64,000 bases of DNA, taken from assembly GCA_023213395.1 (NCBI GenBank), contig CM041465.1, positions 224,571,741-224,635,740 of the forward strand, read 5' to 3'. Positions 25,990 to 38,850 of this stretch are shown here, in pieces (positions within the stretch are counted from its first letter, which is position 1; each line of letters begins with the position of its first letter). Under the pieces are notes generated by a model that was not told the DNA's origin, did not search any database, and saw nothing but the letters and a program-made list of their open reading frames with translations. Origin of the DNA: Cycas panzhihuaensis. Lineage: Eukaryota > Plantae > Cycadophyta. Position numbers and translations under genes: made by a program.

Positions 25990-27494
25990 ACCTTATGTTT
26001 ACATGTTAAGCCTATGTACTTTATTTTTTCATGTATTATTTGCACTTTTGTACTTTAGGGGTGACTTATCACTTAAGTGATAAGGTGCACACCTACATTC
26101 TTTCCTAGTGACACAACATTGTCACTAAAGGGTCAAATGGACCCCCATGCACTTTTGTTCACTTGAGAGCCCAAAAGGACGCATGTCCTAGATGTAAGGC
26201 ATGTGCCTTGGATGTTTGACACTTGTCAAACATCCAATGCCTTAGGTCTCTCGTTTCGCTCTATATATTGAGACCTCTTCTCATTGTTCTTATATAGAGC
26301 TGGAGCTGTATTGTTATGTTGCTAGTTTGCTAATCAAACTGCTATTCATTTGGAGGTTGGACCAATTCCAACTCCTTATATTTGGTATCATTTTGCTCTT
26401 TCTCTTCATGCTTTGATCTTGCTCATGTTTGATCTCATACTTTCGTTGTTAGTCTAGATTATCTGCTTTCTAGAACTAGAGTGAATATAGCTTCTAGATC
26501 TTGGGTTTCTAAGTCCTTTTGGCCATTTCTAGAATTTCAAGCATACCTTTTATGTCGCTTCGAAATTGTTGGACATCTCCAAGAGATTGGTGTGATTAAG
26601 TCGACATTGAAGGAGCTTGATTCTTTATTCTCAGATATTGCTTATCGTAGAAGTTCTATGTCAAGATCTAGATGAAGAGAAGAGGTTTTCCGAAAGGACT
26701 ATTTCTCTTTTGCTTAAAATGAACCCCATTCCAGGGTTGAATTATAAGGTGAGGGAGGCATGGAGGTTGGATCTTACCCGCGGGCAACCATGTGTCCAGG
26801 ATGTCGAGCGACCACTAGTAGTTTCGTAGGAGAAAATTGCCCATGTTGAGACTAACCTAAGAATGCACTAGACCAAGTAGATGCCTGACTAACGCAAGAC
26901 ATTCAAACACCATACTCATAGTGACTGGAGTTGAAATGCCATTATGGAGAAGATTATAAGAAGAGAGCAATTGATTTATGTGGGATTTTTGTTAACACAG
27001 GTGTGCGCAGAGCTGGTGAAAATCATCGCCACAAAAAGACTTACGTTAAAATCATTTTATTTTAAGTTTTTATGTAAAGTTGATACACATCAAATTGTTT
27101 TTAACAATATTTTGAGGTTCAAAGCCCCTTTTGTTAATTAGCCTTGATCACTTGGCTTTATAAGTGTTAACTTAGTTTGTGGCTCACAAAGGCGCTTGTT
27201 GTAAAAATAGAGGGTACTTTTACATTGTACTTTTTCTAGTTCTTTGCATTGAACATGGTCATATGATAATTTTTTGGCTACCTACGTGGTGTTCGATGAT
27301 TTGAGTGTTTTGCCAAGACTCCGCAAAGTGATTGAGGACCTCATAGTCATTTTTTCTCAATAAAATCAATGTATGCTATTTAAGGGCTATTTAACACCCA
27401 CTATGTTGTTGCGTGTTTTTTGTTGGTTTTTTTTCCTTAAACATTAAAATGGGTGGAATATGCTTGTTTGCCCACTCAACTAAAATGCCTTGGA

Positions 27495-29202
27495 CCTGCC
27501 ATTAATGCAAGAAACCAGGTCATATCAAGAGATATTATCAATTGTTGCAAGATGGTCAACAACGTAGAAATAATTTGCAGATTGCAGTTGATCAACAGAA
27601 TATGGTAGTATATAATCAAGGGTACAATGATGTCAGGTATATAAATTCAGGTGCTTTTAGACACATGACTGGTTCAAGCACATGTGGAAAGCCACAAGAT
27701 ATACTGTATCTCTGGGAGACAATAAAATTTTGACTGTCAAAGGCATAGGGGAGGTTCCAATTATAACTCCAAACTATGATGATTATTATATAGAGAATGT
27801 TTTGTACATGCTTGAATTAAAGAAAAATTTGATTTATATTAGTTAGATAGAGGACAATGGAATGAGTGTTCTCTTTAAAGATGGGAAGGCGATTATTAGT
27901 GATCGTGAAAGGAAAATGATCGTAGGAGGAGTAAGAGAAAACCGTCTTTATAGGCTCTTAGGTAAGTCTGTAAACCAAAGAGCGTATTTGACTGCAAGTA
28001 TATCAAATAAGATTCAATTGTGGCATGAAAGGTTAGGACATCTACACTTCCCTGGCCTTCAATCGATAAACAAACTGAATATGGTACAGGGTCTCTTAAA
28101 ATTCAAGGTAGAAAAGGGTATCTGTGAACCTTGTATCAATGGGAAGCAATATCTGAAAGGCAAAGCGACTGAAAATCTAATGCTTGTACACCTAGACGTT
28201 TATGGTCCTATGCCAACCACTTCGCTTGGAGATGCAAAATATCTCTTCATTAACAACTATTCCAGGAAAATATGGGTTTATTGTTTGAAGGAGAAGTCTC
28301 AGGTATTTGAGACATTTAAGGAGTTTAGAGGGAAAGTGGAAAATGAAAGCGGACAAAGAATTAAGATACTAAAGTTAGATAATGGGAGGATTTACCTCTG
28401 GTGCCTTTGTCCACTTCTGTAAGGACCATGACATAAAGCAGTTGACATCAACTTACTCTCCTCAACAGAATGGTGTAGCTAAGAGGATAAACAGGATGTT
28501 GGTTGAAAAGGCCAAGCTATTGATGAAGGTGAAGAATGTCTCAGACCTTTTTGGGTAGAAGTTGTTTGTACAACAACATACCTGACTAATAGGAGCATTA
28601 CAAAGGTTGTTTAGAATAAAACACTTGAAGAAGTAGGGATATGACGCAAACCTACAATTAGTCATCTCAAAATCTTTCGAAGCATAGTGTATATGCATGT
28701 TCTCAAAGATAAACTATAGAAAGTTGATGATAAAAACTTGAAAGACATCCTTGTTGGGTACAACAAAAAGAATAAAGCGTATCATTTATACGAATTGACA
28801 ACCAGAAAAGTTCATCTTGCTCGGGATGTTATCTTTGAAGAGAATGACAAATAGGTTACATATGTCATCTTCAAAGAGACTGATAAGCAGGTGACATATT
28901 AGGATTGAGATCTAGACATCTGGAAGATTTGGAAAGACAGAGGAAAGTAGATCGAGGAACAACCTGAATCTAGTTCTTTGAGTCAGCAAATTATCAAGCC
29001 AAAGACTAAGCCAAAGGAGGAAGAAATTGAGGAAGAGGAATTTGAAGATGCTCAGGAATTGTGGCTAGAGATGCAGCCTAAGGTTGCTCCACCTGTCAAA
29101 TTTCCTAAAGGGTACTTAAAGACCATTGAGCAATTTCAATTGGCCGAGATAAAAGGAAAGTGGAAATTGAAGATGAGGCCTGATACTTTACCAGCAGGCT
29201 AG
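27495..29202 (+). pseudogene. C2 coding remnant: zinc knuckle, protease, integrase, linker
   Basis: C..CKKPGHI; YINSGAFRHMTG; LWHERLGHL..CEPC; YSPQQNGVA. The acidic linker is followed within about 40 bp by the PPT. Confidence 0.85.
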
Positions 29203-29539
29203 TCTAATAAATTCAATTGATCGTATGAACATTAAAGGGGAGTGTTAGAATTAATGTTCATATGTGGACATTAGTGATGAGTCATCAAGGTTGATGACAA
29301 GTTTCATGGGAGTTATGAAAGTCTTTAATGGACCTATGTTGTGTGTTAGGGTAGTTATGAGTCCTATTGTGGACTCCTATTGATCCCATGTGTATATTAA
29401 AGTTGTATTGTATGCGTTGTGTATAGTGGAGAATCATTCTTAATGAATGAAAATAGTTTATAAGTAGACTAATTCTACCTGATATCTATCATCTGATGCT
29501 AATGTTTGGTTCCACATTCGATCGTAAATTCACACACAC

Positions 29540-29813
29540 TTGGTCACCTACATCAAATTGTTGTGATCAAAGATGGTGGTTGTGTTGTGCTTTTTGTATT
29601 ACAAGCCTTGCAACCCAATTGTTAATATTAATGAGTTAATTATTAATAGACCTGACTTATTTGAAAGGGTGCGTCATTTGTATTTATACACCCTTGGAAT
29701 TCTATAAAGACATCAGATTTAATCAATAAGAATTACTCGATTTTGATAAAACACTTTCAAATTGAACTTGTTTTGGGCAGTGGATGAATGTTCCACTACA
29801 AGTGGTATCAAAG
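29540..29813 (+). mobile_element. Remnant LTR 3' end plus Met-type PBS of an older element; its pyrimidine-rich leader is interrupted by C4
   Basis: ...ccactaca (29800) ag tggtatcaaag (29803). Upstream TATA-like tataaag. LTR start not resolved. Confidence 0.45.
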
Positions 29814-30814
29814 TAGGTCAATCTACCTACGATGCTTGCTTCATCACTCCAGTATTCTCATCTCTATTCTCTTTATTCATTTTCCATCTTTAGTTTTCTC
29901 ACTCTCGTTTTGCTTTTCTAGCAAGTTTTGCATTTGCTAGAATAATATTTTATCGATGATAGGACCTTAAGTTGTATACTTGCTTAATGAGGGTACAAAA
30001 TTGCTTATAGAGAGATCATCTCTCACATAATCAATGAGCATTCCACATTTAACTAAGTTTTGTTTCATGGTATCAGAGCAGAGCAAATTACTTGCCTGGT
30101 GAAGTTTCTGAAGAAGAGTCTGTGAAAATTTCTGAGAGAAATTGAAGGAGGCTAAGTTTGATAAGATTTTCTCTGAAAAAGATCAAAGAAGATTGTTAGT
30201 GATCAAATTGACAAACCCACAAGATCTATGCAAGGATTAGACAAAGTATGAACAAAGCAATCAAGTGTATGCATTGTATGAATTGTATTGACTAGTTTTT
30301 TCAAGGTGTTCAGAATCACTTGAAATTTTACTAGAAGGTTTGTCTCCTCAAGGTTGTCATATTTTCCTAAACGATCGATTGAAGATAAATAATTTTTTGG
30401 GCAATTTTGCTTCATTTTCAGTAGGTGCGGGTTTAGAACTTTTGCTATAGATTTCTTTCTTTTTGCTCTATATTTCCAGGTAATACCAATCATAAATCCT
30501 TATCCTAATTAATGTGCTTCATTTAAGATTAGCCTTGAGGATTTTGACTAAGGATTTTGCAAGTTACAAGCATTTTTCCTCATAAACCTTAGTTGTACGT
30601 CCTACATTTCAGGTCATTTTCTGAGTAGACTAGAGTAGTTTTCTTGAAAATTTTTATATATTTGAGATCCTCATTTTGGTACCTTTCGTTTGCACCCTTT
30701 TTATTCTAGGCCGTACAACTGTACATTTGTACAGAATTTCGTATAGCTGTATGGCCAGTGTGACAACAAACCTAAAGAGCATTTTAATATTTTCTGTCTT
30801 CCTTCCTTATTAAG

Positions 30815-33681
30815 ATGGCCTCCTCCATTCTTGCCCTGAATGAACAAGATAAGCTGATTGCAACAAATTACCATGTTTGGAAGATTAAAATCGAGAGCTT
30901 GCTAAGAGCCAAAAGTGCCTAGGGCATAGCTACAAGGGGAGAAAAAAGACTTGTCTATGCTGCTGACCAATCCAACAGGGATGATAAGAACGATTCAGGT
31001 GTAATAATTTTGAAATTGTCCATCTCTAACTCTTTATTAGTTTATGTTGAAGGAATAAATTGTTTTGAAGAAGTTTGGAAGGTATTTGCCAACCTTTACA
31101 GTCAAAAAAATGAAACTAGAATCATAGCTTTAAAAGAGGAATTGTATAAACTTCACATGAGGGAGAAAGAGAATGTTTCAGAATTCATCCATAAAGTCAC
31201 ATCAATCAGAAATGACTTGGTTAATGCTGGAGCAAATCTTCCAAAGTTGGAACTTATACAAATGATTGTAAACAAACTTCCAAAGTCATTTGACAATATG
31301 GTAAATTCCATAACTAATAACAATTAGACTGCAACAATGTCTCTTGAAACATTAACATGTCTTCTGCTCATGCAAGAACAAAGAAACAAAAGATATGCGG
31401 AAGAGACATAGATTGAAGAAGCCTTTTTGTCCAAACTTAGTCTTGGTACCAGAGGACAAGGACAACCTTCTTTTAGAGGTCATAATCGAGCTCCTGATAC
31501 TAGAAATCAACCTAGAGGAAGATGGCAAGATAGGAGAGGCAGAGGAAGGTTAGCTCCACCAAGAGACTCTAGAGTCTATTTCAATTGCAGAAGACCAGGG
31601 CACTTCTGAGCAATTGTAGAGCTTTCTATGTGTGCTACCATTGTGGACAAGGAGGACACTATCCCTACTAGCGTTCCTAAGGGCAAGCTAAAATCTAGAG
31701 AGGGAAAAGACCTGTTGGGAACTACAACAAAGAACAAAGCAATTTTGAAGAAGATGAAGAAGAAGAGACAACCTTCATAGTTTCACTTGCTGCTTGCACC
31801 AAAGATGAAGGTGTTTGGTATATTGACTGCGGGGCATCGTGTCATATGACAGGACAAAGAGAATGGTTTGAATCTCAGAAGCCATATTCTCTTAATAAGT
31901 CAGCAGAATTAGGGAATAAATATCCCCTTAACATTCAAGGCATTGAAGTAATAGTAGTCAAAATGAAAGGAAAAGTGCTAAAAATTGGCAATGTTCTTTT
32001 CATCCTTGGGATGAAGAAAAATCTACTCTCAGTTTCCCAACTTAGGAAGAAAACCTTAAGGACCATCTTTGATGAAAATAGGTTCTGTCACATCTTGGAC
32101 ATGAAAAAAGGCGAAATTGTAATAGCCAAAGGCATAGAAAGTAATGATATTTATAGATTGTTGTCTAATCCTATTATTTTAAAAAATGATGTAAAATCCT
32201 TTGTTATCTCAAATACTAATAATAACAAACTCTGACATTTGAAGTATGGGCATATTTCTTTTGATAGATTAGAATTATTGAAAAATTCTGATATGGTTGA
32301 TGGGCTTCCAGATATGACATTTCATTCCTTTGTTTGTGAAGGTTGCCTGTTGGGTAAACAACATAGATTTCCGTTTCAAAGAAGTATATGGTGTGCACAA
32401 AGCAAATTAGAATTAGTGAACTCTGATCTTTGTGGGCCCATTATCTCAAGCTCACTCAATGGAGCGAGATATTTTCTCACATTCATTGATGACTTTTCTA
32501 GAAAAGTTTGGGTATACTTTCTTTATAGCAAATTAGAGACATTTGATAAATTCAAAGAATTTAAAGCTGAAGCTGAGTTGGAATGTGGAAATAAATTGAA
32601 ATGTATTAAGTCCGATGCTGGAGGCAAATATACATCGAAAGAGTTTCAGTTGTCTTGGATGACTTATGGGATACGTTGACAAATAACAACTCCCTATACT
32701 CCTTAATCAAATGGTGTGGCGGAATGGATGAATAGAACCATCATGGAAATGGCATGGAGTCTAATTTAGGATAGATAGCTTCCAAAGGCATATTGGGCAA
32801 AAGCTGTAAATATAGCAATTTATCTAATAAATAGAAGTCCAATTCAAGCTTTCAATAAAGTAACTCTTGAAGGAGCATGAATGGGATATAAGCCTAATGT
32901 AAGCAATCTGAAAATTGGATGTCAAGCTTTTGTTCATATTCCTAATAAGAAAAGGTCAAAACTTGATTGCAAGAGCATAGAATGCATAATGATAGGCTAT
33001 AGTAAGAATTCCAAGGCATATAGGTGCATAGACCCCAAAACAAATAAAGTCTATGTAAGCAGGGATGTTGTTTGCAATGAACAAGATATTGTTGCAAGTC
33101 AAAAAACACATAAGGAAATGGAAGTGTCCACAAAAGAATCTCCCATGATTGCTCCTTTACCTGAGGGCATTTTAGGAAGCATATATGAGGATACAAAAAT
33201 GAAAGAAGAAGAATGTTCTGAGAGACCTCCTTCACCCATTAGAGAAATGAGTCCTGAAGAAGAAGAGGAAGTGAAGTCATCTTCTAAGAAGATACCTAAA
33301 TGGTCTCTTAAGACAATTGAAGTGGCAAAAGGGGATGTGTTTGATCATAGAACTAGATCCTAGAAGCATCAAGCACTATTTTGTTCAACCGAACCTCAGT
33401 CATATGAGGAAGCAAGTCAGCACATTGAGTGGAAATTTGCGATGGATACAGAAGTGGCAACTATTTACAAAAACAAAACATGGAAATTAGTTGAATCACC
33501 TACTGGTAAGGTAATTGTCAACTGCAAATGGGTGTACAGAGTAAAGGAAAACTCTGATGGAAGAATAGAAAAATATAAAGCTAGGTTGGTGGCCAAAGGA
33601 TACACCCAAGCTGCAGGAATAGATTATGACAAAACCTTCTCTCTAGTAGCAAAGCTAAATATTGTAAGAAAGGTTATTACC
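30815..33681 (+). pseudogene. C4 gag-PR-INT-start of RT
   Basis: Gag ETRIIALKEELYKLHM; WYIDCGASCHMTG; RYFLTFIDDFSRKVWVY; KWVYRVK..KYKARLVAKGY. Confidence 0.92.
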
Positions 33682-34237
33682 TGTGAAAAGGGGCCTAATG
33701 GCCTCACAATCCCAAGATCTAGAAGCTAGGTTCATTCTAGTTCTAGAAAGCAACAAATACTAATAAGTATGATACTCTCAAGATGAAAAACATAAGCAAG
33801 ACAATGCATGGAAATGAAGGAGCAAGAAAATGATACCAAATGTGTGGGCTTGGAATTGGTCCAACCTCCAAATGAATAAACAGTTTGATTAGCAAATTGA
33901 CAGCATAACAATACAACTCCAACTCTATATGAGAACAATGAGAAGAGGTCTCATTATATAGAGTGAAATGAGAGACCTAAGGCATTGGATGTTTGACAAG
34001 TGTCAAACATCCAAGGTACATGCCTTGCATGTAGGACATGTGTCCTTTTGGGGCTCTCAAGTGAGCAAAAGTGCATGGGGGGTCATTTGACCCTTTAGTG
34101 ACAACATTGTGTCACTAGAAAGAATGTGGGTGTGCACTTTATCACTTAAGTGACAAGTCACCCCTAAAGTATAAAAGTACAAATATTACACGAAAAATAA
34201 AGTACATAATCTTAACATGTAAACATAAGGTTTAACA

Positions 34238-37200
34238 CCCCTCATCGCTTACAATGTTAAGCCTGACGCCAAAACCATCTCTCGAATTTTACAAACGCTT
34301 TCTACCAAGAGGCTTGGTAAAGATATCTACCGCCCGCTCCTCCGAGATCTGATCGAGGTTGATCTCACCATTCTGCACATGCTCTCTTATGAAGTGATGA
34401 TGAACCTCAATGTGTTTCATCCTTGCATGAAATACAGGATTCTTGGCCAGTTTGAGCACACTTTGATTGTCGCAATAAATTCTGGTGGGGTGATCCTGCT
34501 CAAGTCCAAGTTCCCCAAGAATCTGTCGTAGCCAGATAGCTTCACAAGCTACGCTGACTGCAGCTTTGTACTCTGCTTCGGTGGAGGACAAGGTAACATT
34601 GGGTTGCTTCTTGCAACTCCATGAAACAATTGCTGCACTAAGGGAAAAATAGTATCCCAAGGTTGATCTCCTGCTATCCTAGCAACCTGCCTAATTAGAA
34701 TCTAAGAACCTTTCCAGAGTGAAGTTCTCATTATGTGCATACTCAAGGCCATGCTGCAATATGCCTTTGATGTATTTGAGTATGCATTTAGCTGCATTCC
34801 AATGTTTCTGATTGGGTTGAGACATGTATCATGAACAAATCCCAACTGCAAATGAAATATTTAGGTGAGTGTTGGTGAGATAAATGAGGCTACCAATCAA
34901 CTGCCAGTAAAGTGTGGGATCTACAGGTGCAACTTCCTCATTGAGAGTAAGCTTAGTTCCATTCTCCATTGATGTAGGCGCCGCTTGCAACAGGCAACCC
35001 GAATCACGCAAAATGTCCCAAGAATATTTCGCTTGGGAGATGAAGATATAACCTGGCTGTTGCCATACCTCAAAGCCTAAGAGATAATGGAGAAGTCCAA
35101 GATCTGTCATCTCGAGGCTTCTCTTTAAGTCATCCTGGAGAATGTTTATCATCTTAGTGTCGTTGCCAGTGATCACTAAGTCATCTACATACAAGACAAT
35201 AAAAAAGGCATGGTTCTTTTCATGTTTGATGTATAGATTAGGATCTGAAGTGGATCGATGAAACCCATGTCTCAAGAAGTAATCATCGATCTTTGAGTAC
35301 CATGCTCTTGGAGCTTGTTTCAAACCATATAATGCCTTTTTTTAGGGGACATACTAATTGTTCCTTGCCTTGTACCTTGTATCCGGGAGGTTGCTCCAAG
35401 TATACCTCCTCCTGAAGATCGCCATTAAGAAATGCGCTCTTCACGTCCATCTTAAAGGCTGACCATTTGCATTGAGCAGCTAAGGCCAAGATGAGTATGA
35501 TGGTGTTCATATTGGCCACTGGTGCAAAAGTCTCATCGTAGTCTATGCCTTCTTTTTGTTTAAATCCTTTTGCCATAAGGCGGACCTTCTGCCGCTTAAG
35601 TTTACCATCAGAGTGGAATTTGGTCTTGTAGACCCATTTGCAACTGATTGCCTGTTTGTGTTTAGGCAATTCAACCAAATCCCAAGTACCATTCTTTTCA
35701 ATAGAATGGATTTCTTCATCCATGGCAGCCTTCCAATTTCCATTTTTAGAAGCCTCCTTAAAAGTGGAAGGCTCATCAACACATAGCACTTCAGCCATAA
35801 GTGCATAATTGGTCAGCTGCCTGTATTTTGATGGACGTTTTCCTTCAATGATGTGGCCGTCCTGTACTGTTTGAGTGCACCATTTTGGTAACTTTTGAAT
35901 TGAAGTGACTTGAACCTCAAGATCTTCTAGTCTATGTGGTTGATCAATAGAAGATGTACTAGGATCAAGTGGAGCTAAATCAGATGATGTGGACTAGACA
36001 AAGAAAGTGATGATGTACATGGAGTAGAAGATTGAGAGGGAAGGAAAGCCTCAACAATCTTCTTGCCTTTGTCAATGGGAGGTTGCATGGATGCTGTTTG
36101 CAACTCCTTATGATCGTCTTCAACAAAGATTACATCTCTTGAGAGATGCATTTTCTTCCCAATGGGATCATATAACTTGTAGGCTTTGCTATGAATGACA
36201 TAACCTACAAAGATGCATTTTAGACTATGTTTGTCTAATTTTGTTCTTTGCTGGTCGGGGATGTGCATATAAGCAATGCACCCAAAAGTCCTCAAATGGC
36301 TGATAGTAGGCTTTTTGCTAGACCATGCCTCCTCGGGTGTGATATCGGTGACTGCTGTAGTTGGACTGCGATTGGCCACATAGGCAGCTGTGTGAAATGC
36401 CTCTGCCCAGTAAGCTCGAGTGAGTCCTTGTGCATGCATCATTGCTTTGGCTTTATTAGCCAAAGTTCTGTTCATTCTTTTAGAGACTCCATTTTGTTGA
36501 GGAGTGTGAGGAATAGTCAGCTGTCTCCAAATGCCATTATCCTTGCAGAATTGGGTGAATTCATTTGAAGTAAATTCACCTCCATTGTCTGTCCTTAATG
36601 TTTTGATAGAGTGGCCAGACTCGTTCTCCACTTCAAGCTTGAATTCTTTGAACTTTGAAAATGCTTCAGACTTGTGGTTGATGAAGTAGACCCAGACTTT
36701 ATGAGAAAAGTCATCAATGAAGAAGATGTAGTACAAAGCTCCTCCAAAAGATGCGGTAGACATAGGTCTACACAAATCTGAATGTACCAGCTGCAAAGGA
36801 TGTGAGGCACGCCAAGCTTTGCCTTTAGGGAAAGGCAAGCGATGTTGAGTCCCCATTATACATGCTTCACAAAGACATTTTGTGCCATATATCTTTGGAA
36901 GCCCATGTACCATGTTTTTGTTGATCATCTGCCTGAGATTGTCTAAGCTTAAATGGCCTAGACGTTGATGCCAAAGTTGCATCTTGGACAAGTGTTGAGT
37001 GACAATAGAACCAGAGTAAGCAAAATCAAGTGTTATATTATTTGCATCCAATTTGTAGAGGCCATGATCCTCATATCCAATAGCTACTACTTGGTCATCT
37101 TTGTCACTTATTATACATTTCCCATTTCTGAACAAGACGCTCATCTGTTGCTTGTCCAACTTGCTAACAGATAGTAAGTTCTTGTCCATGGAAGGTATGA

Positions 37201-38433
37201 AGCAGGTATTGCCATTGGGAAATGAAGAGGGAGGATTTGAAGAAGAGTGAAATGGAGCTATTGTGCCTATTCCAGAAATCTTAACAGATTGATTGTTGCC
37301 AAAGGTCACTGATTGACCTTTTCCTTCCTTGATGCTCAGAAGGAGTTCTTCACTCCCAGTCATGTGTTGTGAAGCTCCAAAATCAATAATCCAAGTTTCA
37401 TCAACCTTGGATGATTGATAAGCACAAAATAGTTTGTCTTCATCTGTAAACTGATTAAACTGGCGTTGATTGCCACCTCTAAAACCCCCCCTTCCTCTTT
37501 GACCTCCTCGAAAGGCACCTCGATTTGGTTGAGGGGGTTGCCTGTTGTTGCTGTTGCTGGAATCTTTGTTGGTATTGCTGACGTGGTTGCTGCTATCTTT
37601 GATTTTGTTGACGTGGCTGTTGCTGCTGTTGATGTAGATCTGCTTGCTTCTTCCTACAATCAGGTGCTATGTGGCCAGCTTTGCCACAATAACGACACAA
37701 CATTGGTCTTTGAAGAACCAATGTTCATGTTCCCAAACTGCTTTGAGAGTGCAGGTTTGGGATTCTGTTTGGCCTTTGATTTGGCCGTGAATGCACCTGA
37801 TGTAGATGATTCCTCCTCATTATCCTTGGTGTAGATTTGTTCTTCTTGAAGCAATAAACTTTCAAATTCATTGAATGACATTCTTTTGAGAGAACCATCT
37901 CTTGTAGTAGACGATATAAAGCCATTGTAGTACTTTGGCAAAGCTTTGGTGATTGATGTGATAAGTTCATCTCTTGTTGCTGGACTACCTAGTGTATTCA
38001 ACTCATTACATACCTCCTTGATGGAGGAAAGAAAAGCGGACATAGGCTCGACAAACTTTACAGAATACAACTTGGCTTTTACCATTAAAATGCGAGCTTC
38101 ATCTCGCTTTTCATACAAAGAGGACAAAATGTCCCATGCTTCCTTAGAAGTTTTTGCACATACAATGTTTTGATCCACATGTACATCAACAATCATATGA
38201 AGGAATGCCAAAGCGATTTCATCTTTGGCTTCCCAAGCAGCAACAAAAGCATCATCAGGTTGAACAGTTACATTGCCATTGACAATAGGTACAGGTTGGG
38301 GTATTCTTTCAAAAACATAACCCCAAAATTCATTCATGATCAACAGATTTTGAGTGATCCTCTTCCATTCTTGATAGTTATCTTGACCTGTCAATCTAAT
38401 GGTGCATGCATTAAGCATGTTAGTAACAGCCAT
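34238..38433 (-). pseudogene. gag-pol of C3b, the least degraded C3 copy
   Basis: ORFs 37660-38433 (gag), 35975-37363 (PR-INT), 35283-35798 and 34829-35323 (RT), 34289-34660 (RNase H). Confidence 0.95.
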
Positions 38434-38850
38434 GTTTCAGTTGTAAGTCTTGAAGCTAGCAGATAACTTGGAAACTCAAAGCTTTTGTCACTTAAGTTCC
38501 ACCTTCTAACGAAACCAACAGTTCTGATCTTACTAGAAGATCCAACAACTGAATGGAATGATGAGGGGTGGAGGACTAGGCTATGGAGTTGGTCCAACCC
38601 TGATCTATAAAGGAGATCCAACAGTTGGCCAAGTTAAATCTAGGACAAGGCAGGTAGGGTTGATCTGCATGGATGTACCATGCTTTCCCTGGGATTCACA
38701 GCCCCAATAACACCCTTTTCGAACCTCCTTTCCCTCAAGCAACCTTAATTATAGTGCACTGACCGTACGGTCGGTTGGTCCCCTAGGGAATGCACCAAGC
38801 TTAAGGTTATTTTAGAGGGAAGGTTTGAACCTTTTTCGGGCCTCTCCAAC
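38434..38850 (-). promoter_or_regulatory. Conserved structured RNA element 5' of C3 gag (copy b, best preserved)
   Basis: Nested stems (see findings) and palindrome GACCGTACGGTC at 38761-38772. Confidence 0.55.

Larger units (their letters stand above)
18776..26533 (+). mobile_element. Ty1/Copia C3a, full length, ~550-bp LTRs and ~2.45-kb 5' leader
   Basis: LTRs 18776-19330 and 25984-26533. Perfect TSD ATTTC (18771-18775, 26534-26538). PBS tggtatcaaagc at 19333. G-run PPT at 25975-25983. Confidence 0.95.
17554..29534 (+). mobile_element. Non-autonomous Ty1/Copia element C2 (RT-RNase H deleted, gag mostly absent), interrupted by C3a
   Basis: LTRs about 17554-17848 and 29243-29534. Degenerate PBS tgttattagagc at 17851. 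PPT aaaggggag at 29234-29242. No matching TSD. Confidence 0.85.
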
